From the NCBI RefSeq assembly GCF_035084215.1, contig NC_090340.1:36952001-37016000 (forward strand): 64,000 bases of DNA. The letters run 5' to 3'. This DNA comes from Heptranchias perlo. Its lineage: Eukaryota. The first letter of the stretch is position 1. Every line of letters begins with the position of its first letter. Positions 50,201 through 64,000 of this stretch are shown here, piece by piece. Position numbers and translations under genes: made by a program. The notes under the pieces are model-generated. The model did not search any database. It was not told the DNA's origin and saw only the letters and a list, made by a program, of their open reading frames with translations.

Positions 50201-53200
50201 GTGAGGTCTCACCAAAGCCCTGTACAATTGCAGTAAAACTTCCTTACTCTTGTACTCCAACCCATTTGCAATGAAGGTCAACATGTCATTTGCTTTCCTA
50301 ATTGCCTGCTGTACCTGCATGCTATCCTTTTGTATTTCTTGTACAAGGACACCCAAGTCTCTCTGAACACCAACATTTACTAGTTTCTCACCATTTAAAA
50401 AATATTCTGTTTTTCTATTCTTCCTACTAAAGTGAATCACCTCACATCCCCACATTATGCTCCATCTGCCACCTTCTTGCCCACTCATTTAACCTGTCTG
50501 TATCCCTTTCAGACTCTTTGTGACCTCCTCACAGCTTACCTTCCCACCTAGCTTTGTATAGTCAGCAAACTCGGTCCCTTCATATAAGTCATTAATATAG
50601 ATTATAAATGGTTAATGGTTGGAAAGACGATCTGGAATGCACTGCTCGAGGGAGTAGTGGAGGCAGATTCAATCATGGCCTTCAAAAGGGAACTGGATAA
50701 GTACTTGAAACGAAAAAATGTGCTGGGCTACGGGGATAGGGCGGGGCAGTGGGACTAGCTGGATTGCTCATGCATAGAGCCGGCGCGGACTCGATGGGCT
50801 GAATAGCCTCCTTCCGTGCTGTAACCTTCTATGATTCTATGATTCTAAAAAGCTGAGGCCCAAGAACCAATCCTTGCGGCACTCTACTAGTTACAGCCTG
50901 CCAACCTGAAAATGACCCGTTTATCCCTACTCTCTGTTTTCTGTCCATTAACCAATCCTCTATCCATGCTAATATGTTACCCCCAACCCCATGAGCCATT
51001 ATAAGAGGAAAAGAGGAGAGAAATTTGGTGGAAAAAAGAGAAAAGTGAAAGATGCTTACTTCTCACACTAGTAGTTATGGCCCTGAAACTCCGTGGGGTT
51101 CTCCTGATTTTCCTGTTGTAACTTTGGCGGGAGATTGGTGGAACCCTCTGAGAAATGGCATAAATGGCCATTTTTAGTCATTTACACATTTTTCCAGGGG
51201 TTCCACCAACTTCCTGCTAGAGAACCCTGCAGAAATTCCAGGCTTGTGTTTTTAAACCCCTAAGGCAGCTGATGTGGTTAATGACCAACATTCAGCACAC
51301 TCCTTACATTACTCAGTAGTGGAGCCACCAAAGGACTTCACTCAAAAAGAACAGACATTCCTACTTCATCCACTTAGATCGCGCCTTTTAGCAGCATTAG
51401 CTTCGGATAACAAAGACAATTCCATTGCCCATTCACTATAACAAATGGGTAAAATAAACAGTAACTTTCAATATCGTTGTCCTAGTAGCTGCTCTGCTAA
51501 GTGCATAATTTAACCTACTAAACAGAGAAAACAATTAGCAAATTAGTACTTCAAACCATGATATAAAGTCTCCAGGCTAAAATAATATGGCAGGTTGTAA
51601 AATTATGCGACAGTTGAGAAAACTACAAGCCACAGTTATTTTCGCTGTAATCACCATCTTAGTAGCTACAAAATCAGACATCTTTAAACAGCTTCATTGG
51701 ATGATTGGTAATGTTTGATTTTAAATGTTTTCATACCATTCTTATCAGGTGCTTGTGACAATACTGCATATTTTCCACCACAAGTGAAACGCAAAGACTG
51801 GGCAATATATGCTATTGAAGACGGTCGTCGTACTGTGGCTAATTACATCAGTCCAAATATACTGCCGCTCTTAAACCTTTTATTGGAGAAGAAAATAATC
51901 TCTGAAGATGACCACAATATAGTAAAAGATAAACCAGACGTTGATAAAGGGCGAACTCTTCTCGATATGCTGAGTTACAGAGGTCAGCAGGCATGTGCTC
52001 ATTTTTTCAATGTGCTGCAAGATACAGAAGACCTTTATCCTGGTATAAAGGAGTATGTAAAATCACTGCTGGAATCCTACACTGACAAAGGTGACAGGCC
52101 AATTATTGATCTTCTCCATGAAGACCTGCCAACTGTTTCATTTGAGGTCAACAATGAAAAAATCAAAATAACTAATTTCCCTGAAGGTAAGCATGATTTG
52201 TCAAAGGTAATGTCTTACATGCTAATAATGAATAGGCATCTCCATGTTTAAGCTTCCAATATCATCAATAGTTTGGACCTATTTGTTTGGAAGTTGCTTA
52301 ATACCGATGGATGGAAACACAATTTAAACCTTATTACAGATAAAGTATCAAAGAACTCTATAATGATGTAGACATGGTTTATCCTAATGTTTCAGTTTCC
52401 TTATTTGACCGAGGGGAGTACACGTTGTTGGGTCTGCATTGATCATGCTTGGTTTGAAACCTTCACATAAACGGGACAATTTTCATCCCCATTTTCAGAC
52501 AGGGCAGCTGCAGCAGGAGGCCTCCGACATCAGTCTGCAGCCACAACTGTTCACACGCAACTCATTGAACATCGCTTCTCCTAAACTACTCCCTTCCCTA
52601 TACCCCCCACCACTCCCTCCACTTCCTGTCCAGATCACCATCTGAACCAGGTCATCCACTTGCCAATAAAGAACTTCCACCCCACTGATCATCATTGACA
52701 TATATGCCACCTAATTTTGCCGAATCCACGGCTATAACTGAAACACTCTGCAGACACCATTGGTTTAGCTTCTTAGGAAGTTTTAGCTGGTTTAAGTAGC
52801 CTTCCTCAGGAATTTCTGGATTGGGTTAGATGGAAGCCATGACAGTATAGTTGTGCATTGTACATCGGAAGGAATAAGCTCATTGGGCAAAGGGCCTTTC
52901 CTCATTCCATGGTTTCTTATGTTTTCTACTCAATGCAACAACCCACTTTCTGTGTTGCGGAGGAGTTACATCAGTGTATATGTCCCATGGTGTTCAATTC
53001 ACATTGCATTGGCATTGGCACTGGCACATGGCATTGTTATTTCATTTTTATTGACTAAAAAGCTATTTTAAAGAACAATTTATACATCAGATTTTGCAGA
53101 AAGTATATTAAAAATATTGCATCCAAAATGATATCCAAGAGATTAGGACGAGATTAGATTTTAATTTGGGAACCTTGCCTGCACCACGACTCCTTCCTCA

Positions 53201-56200
53201 GAGTGTTCCTAGGAATTTGGATGAAGTGGGAATTTTCATTTTCTTGAAATCAAAGCAATGAGACCGAGGAGAGCAGATTTATGATGAATGATATGTGAAC
53301 TATGATGCAAGGTGAAAGTAATCACATTGTTTTATGTATAATTTTTTTTACCCATCCATAACAATTCATATTTGCTACATTCAGGACATGTCGAGAGTTG
53401 GGGAATTTTTGTGTCACTGTACCGATGATCACACAAATACAGGTTGTATATTGAAGATAATTTGTGACAATCAAGTATCCAAACACTCCTGCTAACTGAT
53501 TTTAATAATAGACTCTATCTACTATGTAAGTGGAATGGAGTAGATTATAGTTTGAACTGGCTTACTGGGTAACTTTATATCTTTCTACAAGAAATATTTC
53601 AGTTCTTAAAATGAATTACATTTATCATCCAATTTATCAAATGTCTTGCATTCCTTTATAGAGAATGAAACCTCCATTACCTAGGTTCCAATTATTTGCT
53701 TTTCATATTAGCCTTAATTCTTGTAGGACAAAGCCTTGTAGCAGGCGTCGTCCTATTGCACTGGCCACTAACACCAATCTCCTTGGTTCAACATAAATCA
53801 ACCTCATAAACCAAAAAAAGATTAAATTCATTTTCTGTGATTTATATTGTACATGTTTTCATTCTGTGTCCTTTGTATTACTGTACCATATGTGCAACGA
53901 CCAAAATTTGGAGAAACATGGGTATGTGCCAATTTCTATTATTCACTGAAAAGGCCCCATTCATTATGGTGGATAATGGAGGCTCCACAGGAGGTCATTA
54001 TTTTTCTCTTGTAATTACAGAAATCTCTGAAGCAGTGACTACACATAAGCACACATTAAAGGCACAGATGGAGAGAATAAAACCATACTTTGCATTTGAT
54101 AACTCCAGACCATTGCTGCAGGAACATTTTACCAGCCTGGTCATTCTCAATGTTCGAGAAAGGAACAAAACAGAACATGAACTCCTGCAACACAGAGATT
54201 ATACAGCATGTGAGCGTATAGATTTGAAGCAGCTTCTTTCACCATCTGCACCTGGGGAAAAGCCACCACGAGTCACTCTAGTGCAAGGAGTGGCAGGTAT
54301 AGGCAAAAGTGTTATGATGCAGAAACTCGCTCATAGTTGGACCTGTGGAACAAGTTATGCTGGTTTTTATATGCTGCTGTATTTCAGTTTTCGGGAGTTA
54401 AACACACTTAACGGAAAAATCAGTCTGACTGAGCTCATCATACGTAGTTACCCTCATCTGAGAGCATCATGCAATAAGATGCTGGAATTTCCGAGTGGGA
54501 TCCTGTTCTTATTTGATGGATTGGATGAATTCAGACTGCCTCTTGAATTTGATGTTCATTCAATTGTTGGCCCGTCCACTGCTCAGCACATTAACCATTT
54601 GATTGTAAGTATCATAAAGGGAGATCTTGTTCGTGAGGCATCTGTTCTTATCACATCCCGCCCAACCACAATTGACTTAGAGCACAAAACATATTTTCAT
54701 CGATGTGCTGAAATCTTAGGATTTTCCAAAAAAGAAATTGCTGCATACTTTCTGAAGTGCCTCAAGGACAAAAAAGTTGCTGATCATGTCTTTCGAACCG
54801 TGAAGAGTATTGATTCCTTGTATGGACTTTGCTATGTTCCTGCATTTTGTGACATCCTGTGCTTCTACCTCCATAAATCCTTTCACTCTAAAGGCAAGTG
54901 GTCTCAGCTGTCTTCCTTTCCCAGGACAATCACAGATTTGTTCCTCAGATTCACCAAGTGTTTACTGGTCTGTAACAATGATGAGGAAGAAGACCCTGAG
55001 TCCTTCTGTATAGGAGATGATGAAGACAAAAATGAAATAATTACATTGGCACAACTTGCATGGCATGGGGTCATCAATAAAACAATAATATTTTCAGCAA
55101 ATGACATTGAAAGCAACGTCTCCAAGGATGCAAAATCCTTCTGGAAGAAGATTCTCACCAAAGAGAGCCTGAAAATGATGCAATCTCACATATGGCAGTT
55201 TTTTCATCTGACTCACCAGGAATTTTTTGCAGCACTCTATTGCATTTCTGCAAATGAGCCTGGTGTGGATTATGTGCACAAAGCCTTCAGTTCAAAGAGC
55301 AGTGCATTTGAGATTGTACTGAGGTTCACTGCTGGCCTAGTCTCTCAGAGCAACAGAAAACTTGTGCAGCAGTTGGTGCCTGAACATCATCAAGTTAAAG
55401 AAAAGGAAGTCTTTGCTTCCATCGAAAATGTTGCTGCTGTTGAAATTCCAAAAGAAGACACGTTAACTCCAGAAAATATTACAAAATATACAGCACACAA
55501 AAGACAAAAACTAACAGCCTTTCATTGTCTATATGAAGCGTCAAATGAAAAATTAACACAACTAGTTGCCTCCCAAATCAGTGACGTTGTAAACTTTTCT
55601 TACATCTCTTTGAATGTGACTGACTGCACTGCAGTTGCAAACCTTCTTTCTTACCATACAGCTATTGAAACGTTGGAATTAGATGGGTGCAAAGCTGGAG
55701 CATCTGGTTTCCAAAGATTGGAGTCTGTTCTCTCAAGAGTCAAAACATTGAGGTATTAAAATGTGGTTTCTGTTACATGAACTAGAAGTACTAGAAATGT
55801 GCTGGAATTCCGGTGATTCAGCCATTGTGGGGGGAGAAAATTGGATAGGGGCCGTTTTTGGGCCTAGATAGTGTGATGTGCTATCACCCAATGACCCCTG
55901 CGCAGGCAGGACCCAAGTTTCGGCCCACACAAGGACTTACCTGCAATCAGTGTTCCATTCCAGGCCTTGTGCGTGGAATCAATGCAATTTGCACTTTCCA
56001 CCACTAGGGGGAGCGCAATCTCTTAAAGGGAGGATGTTTCTTAGAAATCTCTTAAAGGTAGCTGGTACCTGTTATTTGCTGAAAATAACAGTCTACTGTC
56101 TGCACGGAGTCTGAACGGAGATCAGACATCGCACACGTAAAATACAGATGCAGGTCCCATCCCTATGTTTACACACTGATGAGTTATGTCAAAACATTAA

Positions 56201-59200
56201 ATAAAGGTTGTGCACTACTATATCCTCCATTCTGCACGCAAGGCCTCACCGATCTGCCGATCTGAGTTGGCACCAGGCCTGCGAGAGTGCATGCACCAAG
56301 GTTCCCTGCTGATGCACTGGAGACTTTGGTGCAAGAGGTGGACAGAAGGAGGGACATCCTATATCCGCGGTGGGGGGGGGGGAGTAGGGCAAGACACCAT
56401 CTTGGATGACAGAGAGGCCGAGTTGCGCCAAAACAATGGGTGCTACACGGCCCAATTTAGTGCCCATCGTCTTTTAAAGATAAATCTGCTAAATTCTTTT
56501 TAATGAAAATACGTTTAATATTATATGTATAGATAACCAGACAGATGAGTCTCACACCTTACATTTAGATTATAGTGTAAATAATATTCACACTTGGCCA
56601 GAGTAAATATTAAGGATGCTTTTTGGCTTTCAAATTGAATTGTTTTGTAATTGATCCATTTATACTGCAACTAATGTTTTCAAATCTTTTCTTAACAATT
56701 CGCATTAAAATATATTTTATATTGAACTTTGATTAAAACATTGAACATGAAAATATTAATATTTGATTACTGTATTAAATTAATTTGTGATTAATCATAG
56801 CATTAAAGGAAAATGGTCCTACACACATGCGAGCAGGCCACATAAACGCCTTTAAATTAAAATGCTTATACAGGTGTTATAGGACTTGTAGCAATTGGTT
56901 ATGGTAAATAACAAGTTTGGGTCTTGCCTTAGATATTTCCCAGGTACAATGGTGCTGGTCACTCAATATAATTAAAAAATAAAAGCTAAGAAAACTCTCC
57001 CCATGTTGAAGAATATTTAAGCCCTAAAATTCTACAGGAGTATTACCAGTCTTCCACTGTATATCTAGTGGGAGACCAGTGGAGTCCCTAGAAAAATGAC
57101 AAAACTGCCTACTTCCACCTCTATCTCAGACCATCTGCCTCTAATACCCTCATCCATGCTGATGTCGTCTCTAGATTCGACTATTCCAATGTTCTCCCAT
57201 CTTTCATCATTCATTAAACTTCAGCTCAACAAAACTCTGCTGCCTATATCCTAACCTGCACCAAGTCCTCACTAACCTACATGGGCTCCTAGTCCCCCAG
57301 GGACTCAAATTTAAAATTCTCATCCTTATGTTTAAATCCATCCATAGCCTCACCTTTCCCAATTTCTGTAACTAACAACACAACAACAACTTGCATTTAT
57401 ATAGCGCCTTTAATGGAGTAAAATGTCTCAAGGTGCTTCACACGAGCATTATCAAACAAAATTTGACACTGAGTCACATACAGAGATATTAGGGCAGGTG
57501 ACCAAAAGCTTGGTCAAAGAGGTAGGTTTTAAGGAGCATCATGGAGGAGGAGAGAGAGGTAGAGAGGCGGAGAGGTTTAGGGAGGGAATTCCAGAGCTTA
57601 GGAGCTAGGCAGTTGAAGGCACGGCCGCCAATGGTGGAGCGATTAAAATTGGGAATGCGCAAGAGGCAAGAATTGGAGGAGCGCAGAGATCTCGGAGGGT
57701 TGTAGGGCTGGAGGAGGTTACAGAGATAGGGAGGGGCGATGCCATGAAGGGATTTGAAAATAAGGATGAGAATGTTAAAATCGAGGCGTTGCCAGACTGG
57801 GAGCCAATGTAGGTCAGCGAGCACAGGGGTGATGAGGGAACGAGACTTGGTGCGAATTAGGATACGGGCAGCAGAATTTTGGATGAGCTCAAGTTTATGA
57901 AAGGAAGATGGGAGGCCAGCCAGGAGAGCATTGGAATAGCCAAATCTAGAGGTAACAAAGGCATGAATGAGGGCTTCAGCAGTGGGTGAGGTGAGGCAGC
58001 GGGTGGATGAGCGATGTTACGGAGGTGGAAGTAGGCGGTCTTGGTGGTGGAGCAGATAAGTGGTCGGAAGCTCATCTTAGGGTCAAATAGGACACACGGT
58101 TGCAAATGGTCTGGTTTAGTCTCAGACGGTGGCTATGGAAAAGGATGGAGTCGATGGCTAGGGATTGGAGTTTGTGGCGGATACCAAAGACAATGGCTTC
58201 GGTCTTCCCGATATTTAGCTGGAGGAAATTTTTGCTCATCCAGTATTTGATGTCAGACAAGCAGTGTGACAAATGAGAGACAGTGGAGGGGTTGGGAGAG
58301 GTGGTGGTGAGGTAGAGCTGGGTGTCGTCAACGTACTTGTGGAATCTGACATTTTGTTTTCGGATGATGTCACCGAGGAGCAGCATGTAGATAAGAAATA
58401 GGAGTGGACTAAGCATAGATCCTTGGGGGACTCCAGAGGGAGCAGGAAGAGAAGCCATTGCAGGTGATTCTCTGGCTATGGCTAGTTAGTTAAGAATGGA
58501 ACTAGGCGAGCGCAGTCCCACCCAGCTGGAAGAGAGGCATTGGAGGAGGAGGTCAACCGTGTCAAAGGGTGCAGATAGGTCGAGATGGATGAGGAGAGAT
58601 AGTTTACCATGGTCACAGTCACATAGGATGTCAATTGTGACTTTGATAAGGGCCGTTTCAGTACTGTGGCAGGGGTGGAAACCTGATTAGTGGAATTCAA
58701 ACATGGAGTTGGGGGAAAGATGGGCATGGATTTGGCAGGGGACAACACGTTCAAGGACTTTGGAGAGGAAAGGTAGGTTCGAGATGGAATGGTAGTTTGC
58801 AAGGGCAGAGGGGTCAACGGTGGGTTTTTTGAAGGGGGGGGGGGTGATGACCTCCTACAACTCCGCCTGAAAACTCCATTCTTCTGCCTCTAAATTCTTG
58901 TGCATTTCCCTATCCCTTCACCCCATCTCGGCCTCCCCATGTTCTGGAATTCCCTTCCCTAAACCCCTCTGTCTGTCCAACTCCCTCTTCTCCTAAAAAA
59001 CCACCTCTGATGTAGCTTTTGGTCAGCCCTCTAATACCTCCTTCTTTGGTCAGGCATCTAGTTTTCTCTTACGCCTCTGTTAAGTGCCTTTGGACATTTT
59101 TCTACATTAAAGCCGCTATATAATTGCAAGTTGTTGTTAAATGTGAATAAGAGACAGGAAGAAAGTAATTACATTGTTTAGTATGTGGGAAAATGCTAGC

Positions 59201-62050
59201 AGAGCTTAAATAGAATAATTATAGTTCAGTGAATTAATACTTCATTGGTTCAGAAATACATTCTGCATTCACAGAGTCAGAGCTAAAGAAAAGATAATTA
59301 TTGTTTTATTTTTATTCAACAGTTTGGAGGGAAACATGCTGGAGGACGAAGGAGCAGAGTCCATTGCCAATGCACTCAAAAGTAAAATGTGTAGAATAGA
59401 AATCTTAAGGTAAAATTTCCATGTCTGTTCCACTTTTATGCACCAAATTGAAAAAGATTGGTTTTATTTTAATTAAAAGGGCATAATAGTAAAATTAAAG
59501 GTAAAGCTTTGCTTCAATTAAAAAATGTAGAGAAAAAATGAAGGCTAATTTAAAAAATACATTTGTTAGGATTTAAAATATCAGCATAAGAGTGACAGTC
59601 ATTCGTGCATTATGAGATCCTTCCCACAACTGTTACCTCATAACAGTGTGTGATTTTAGATTCATAACTTTTGTTCTCATTATAAACTTGGCTATTATAT
59701 CCTTCAGAGTCCCTTTTAAAGATCAAACTGTTAAAAAAATTATGATTTAATATCAATTTTCTGTCTATTAGTAATTTTTTGGACTATTTGATTTAAATAC
59801 TGAATGCTGATGACATCATGCAAATTGGAAGGACTCATTAAAGTTAATGATGCAAAAGATGTGAATTTTCAGAAATATGGTATTCATATATATAACAAAT
59901 ATAGCAAAAATATGTTTGTGATTGTAATATCATTTTAATTGTGTGTATATTATTTATGCTCCCACACATAGTATGACAATGGTAAATTTTCCAAGCCAGT
60001 TTCCTGACAGTATCATCAGCATTCACTGTTTAAAGAAGATAGTTTAAAAATCTATGAATATGCAAGAACAGGTTAATGAATTCCACAGGATGGCAAAGTC
60101 AATCAGGATTCTATGTAACTGATTTTGATGATAGTGGTGCAGGGTTATGTGAATTGTACAGTTGATTTTTGACATATTACATCATTTTATTTTTAGTTGG
60201 TTAAAATAGCAATCTTACTTATCAACATTAAAAAATTATTTGAAATGTTATTTGAGCCATTGTACACCTGGTTCTACTGACAGGCAGAGTAATATACAAA
60301 TTCTACAATAACGTACTGTGTGATAAACTCTGTTCATAGCACATGAAAATAACTTCCTGCTATTCAGTCTATGTTTTAAGAAACTGCATTTTAACATTTT
60401 TAATGCAGGAAAGATTTCCCTTCATGCTGATAACGAGGCTAATCAGGAATATTTCCAACTGAATTATCATTAAATTATATTCTACAATTGAGATGATGGA
60501 CTATTGTGTTTGTATATAATATTTGGATATCACTAATTTGAACTCCAGACACAAGGTACAAATAATACAGTAACTGAATGCCTTCCGATCTTCACAGGTT
60601 GAAGCAAAACTCCATAGGGGAGAAAGGAGCAGCACAAATAGCTGAAGCTTTGAAAACAAACAGCAGTCTGAAAACATTGGGGTTTGTATTAAACCTGGTG
60701 AATTAGAACACTTGTCAAACTTTCAGGAGAATTTATGAATAAAATGATTTAACTTCACTGCCGTTATGATGGCTGGGATGCTGTTAAGTTCTCTTGTTTT
60801 TAGCTAAATCACTTTGTCCTCATTAGATTAAGAGCAAATACCGTCCGAGCCAAAGGTGCCCGATCGATGGCTGAAGCTCTGGAGATCAACACAACATTGA
60901 GAGTTCTCGGGTATGTTTTTTTTTCTTTTTTGTGTAATACTTTGCCATATTACAGAATTTCAGGCCAGTGCTGTTTGTGGCTTGCTTTGAAAACTCCATA
61001 GTAGCTCCTCATGTTGACAAACAGAGGAACTCTCATTGCAACCAGTGTGTAATCTATGCTGCATTGTTAAAATTTTAACTTGTGTATTTTATTATTTGTG
61101 TTTTTAGTAAAAGTAAGATTAAAAAAAATTAGTATCACCCACATATAATTAGAGACACAATTACATCATCAAATGACCAATGATAACATTGTGCCTTAGA
61201 CCTATTTATAAGTATGGCCCAAAACTCCTTGGGAGATGTGCTGGGTCTCTGTCATTTACTCAATACCTTGTTAGGGACAGAACTTCTGACAAAGCAAATG
61301 ACAACCAAGGATGGTACCATTGATAGGCTTTCGCTAAGCTAGAATTTTGTGGCCATGAAGCTTTACTGTGCCGACCATGCCTATTTAATACTCATAAGGA
61401 CCCACTGGAAGCTCAACATATGGGCTATGTAAGAATATAAGAACATACAAGAGCATGGAACAAGAAAAGCTGTTTGGGTCATCAAACCCATTCCTTCCAC
61501 AGACCATGTACAGTTTTCTCTATCAAGGCCTCTACCTAATTCTACTCAATTGAATTAATCTCTGAGGGAAGTTCCTATAAAGTTTCTGTGTCCCCACCCA
61601 CAAAGGTAGTCAGGCGAAATCCAACCTTACAGCCTGCATTATTGGTTGGTTTGCAGGCCATGACAGTTTCATGGGCCCAATGGCACAGCAGGTGTCACTG
61701 GATCGAAATCTACAGAGAAAGCCTGGCTGATTTTCTTTTCCCCTCTTTCACCCATGGGCACTGAGGCCAACTGTAACACCTCTTCCACCACCTAAAGTCA
61801 AATCAGCTAACTTAGCACAGATTGAAGATTGAACCTGGGAACTTGCTGGTCTGTATGACTGAGCTCCACACTGCTCAATGTATTAATCAACTAAGTCATT
61901 TTGGAGCTAAAAGTACAGCTTTCATTATAGAAGAGTATTAACATAAGTGTCTTTGTCCTAATCCAGCTTACAATTTAACAAAATCAAGGATGAAGGGGCA
62001 ATGTATATGGCACAAGCAGTAAAAAGAAATCGCAGCTTGGTTGAATTAAG
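43893..62050 (+). CDS. Copy 2 of the Ig-TM-Ig-CARD-NACHT-LRR gene (5' exons absent; continues beyond window). Exons 43893-44222, 46570-46683, 47264-47704, 51749-52186, 54021-55752, 59323-59409, 60598-60681, 60827-60910, 61967-62050
   Basis: Near-identical to copy 1, with intact splice sites and frames. Only three amino-acid differences seen (V>I in the Ig domain; T>A and V>I in the NACHT exon). Confidence 0.78.
46570..46683 (+). CDS. Copy 2 transmembrane exon
   Basis: Matches 9707-9820. Confidence 0.86.
47264..47704 (+). CDS. Copy 2 post-TM Ig-like exon
   Basis: Same translation as 10401-10841. Confidence 0.86.
51749..52186 (+). CDS. Copy 2 CARD exon
   Basis: Same translation as 14886-15323. 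Confidence 0.87.
54021..55752 (+). CDS. Copy 2 NACHT exon
   Basis: All NACHT motifs intact; KDAKS and EIPK variants. Confidence 0.94.
59323..62050 (+). CDS. Copy 2 LRR exons 1-4 (59323-59409, 60598-60681, 60827-60910, 61967-62050)
   Basis: Match the copy 1 LRR exons, AG/GT intact. Confidence 0.87.
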
Positions 62051-64000
62051 GTAAGGGTTTAAATCGAAACTCGCATATTAAAACTTTCTCTACTCCCACC
62101 TCCTCCCTTGCACACTTACTTCCATAAGAACTTTTGAGTTAAATTTTATAAACAGGTGTTAGTTGGATGGTACTTTAGCACTTGCCTGACTGTGCCTGGC
62201 TGATTTTTTTTGAAGTGAGCTTCATTTACATAGTGTGAATACTCAACCTGGCATTGGGAGCTATCCAGAGAGGAGCAGGAAATTGCATGTAAGCAGCCCT
62301 TCAGGGAAGCTTATAAGCTGTGATGGGTAAATTTAAAAGGATGCAGGCAATTGAAGTTAAGTGGCTGCACATGGAAGAAAAAAGTTCTAAGTAGGGATTA
62401 AATTATTTGCCAGGGTTGTGACTTCTATAGGTTCTCTTTTGCACCTCTCTTCTGCCCCCATGATACTATTGCTAGCTCTCCTTAAAAAAAAATAACCTTT
62501 TTGATTCACTTTTGTCCTCCAACTCTACTCTTGATGATCCTGGTATAGAACCTCCCTCCATTGCTCCATTCTATTATCCCTGCCTGGTCTGTTGGATCTT
62601 CCACTCTCTGGACTCCTATATGACTTGTGATCCTGATGATATCTCTCCTATCTCCCTCAAGACATGTGCCTCTGAACTCACCCTTGTTCTTTGACATCTC
62701 CTCAATTTCTCTTACTCCCAGTTCACTTTTTCTTCTTGGAAATTTGCGTGTTCATCCTATTTCTCAAATAAACAATCACTCTTATCTTTTCAAGTACTAT
62801 CCTCTTGCCCATACCTCTACTTTCTAAAGTTGTGTAAGCTGTTGTTCAATCGCAAATTATCCATCACCAGGCTAATCTTTGACATTATGGTTTTCAACAT
62901 GACTTTGGACATCTCCAAAACATTAGACCAGGTGCACATCTAACTTACCATCATATGACTTCTCACCAAAGCTAATTTTTGACTAGGTAGTTTCCTTTCA
63001 AATCATTCTATTTGCAAAAGTTGGTGGCTTATTGCCTGACTCTTTTTTCCCATTAACTCAGGGGTTCTCCGGAGCTCTATCCTCACTGATACTCAATTCC
63101 TTCTTCATGATCCTTACAATCATTATCCAACCATATCCACTCTTCAGCTGATGATTCCACTCTGTCATTCATCAACTTCCTTCAGGTTGTATGTCCTCAG
63201 TAATAAGAGCCCTCTTTTATCAACATTGTTAGCCTTACTATCTCCTCTGACCTCAAATGGAACACATCTTATCCATTGCTAAAGATGCCTCCATGAAGTT
63301 TGGTTTCCACTTTCACGCTAAACACTTGTTTTCCCCTCACAAATCCTAAACTCTCTTTAAAACCCAAGTCCACTTGAATACTATTCACATACCTGGGGAG
63401 GCTCTTCTCATTCCTTATCATCTGATAGGTGATCTATTACTCATCTCAAGCCTTTATCCTCTCTCTTTCTGTTGTGAATTTTTCTCTCTCTCTGTTTTAT
63501 CAATACTATTCTGGTCAGTGCTTCTCTGAACTTTCTTTTCTTGTTCCTCCTAACCTCCAGATATGCTGTTCTTCATACTCTCCCCCTATTTACAACCTCA
63601 TGGTGTTAAAATCAAGGCCCACTACATTCTCCTAATCTAACTCATTCTTTCACAGGACCATAGGGCTGTGGAGCTCCTTGCCTCCCTCTTTCTTTCCTTT
63701 TACTTACCATCTTCAGGCTTTTAAAATTCAAGTTTGGCATCGTCTAATCATTACTTCCTGATTTACCTCAACACCCGTTTACTCTTCTCAACTTGGAAGT
63801 GTCCTACACTATGGACTTAGCCTTTCAAATTGGTTTCTCAATTTTTTAAAAATTTAATTTGTAAAGCAGATTTTAATGGCAGACAGCTCTTGCACTCAAT
63901 CCCACAACTATCTTGGTTGGGAAATCACTGCTTTTATTGACAGCCTGTTGAATTACTAATGCAGCCATATGTGCATTGATTCCTATGTTTATAATCAAAC

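Larger units (their letters stand above)
42417..64000 (+). repeat. Segmental direct repeat, second copy (includes duplicates of all intronic TEs)
   Basis: Near-identity to 5552-~27150 with scattered SNPs and small indels; runs off the window end. Confidence 0.97.

Noticed and set aside
1-64000. Prokaryotic features (CRISPR arrays, operons, rRNA/tRNA genes) or RAG recombination signal sequences near the Ig exons
   Set aside because: The sequence is spliceosomal-intron-containing vertebrate DNA. I saw no regularly spaced repeats, RNA genes or heptamer/nonamer pairs flanking the exons.

Overview
Eukaryotic, repeat-rich vertebrate DNA. The CR1/L2 LINE and GC-rich MITE repertoire suggests a cartilaginous fish; this is an inference. 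The main content is a + strand multi-exon gene that I reconstructed by hand from GT-AG splice sites. Its exons read in one continuous frame: Ig C1-set (7028-7357) > transmembrane (9707-9820) > second Ig-like domain lacking its second Cys (10401-10841) > CARD (14886-15323) > NACHT/HD/WH (17158-18889) > six RI-type LRR exons (22489-30846, stop at 30844-30846). This gives about 1,187 aa, and the 5' exon(s) are not recognisable in the window. The predicted product is a membrane-anchored Ig-TM-Ig-CARD-NACHT-LRR receptor, i.e. an immunoglobulin-superfamily receptor fused to a NOD-like receptor. A near-identical direct repeat (offset about 36.86 kb, starting at about 42417 = 5552) holds a second copy that is 5'-truncated and runs off the window end. 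The rest is degraded CR1, L2, RTE-like and other LINEs, several of them nested, plus SINE-like and MITE/Harbinger-like elements.
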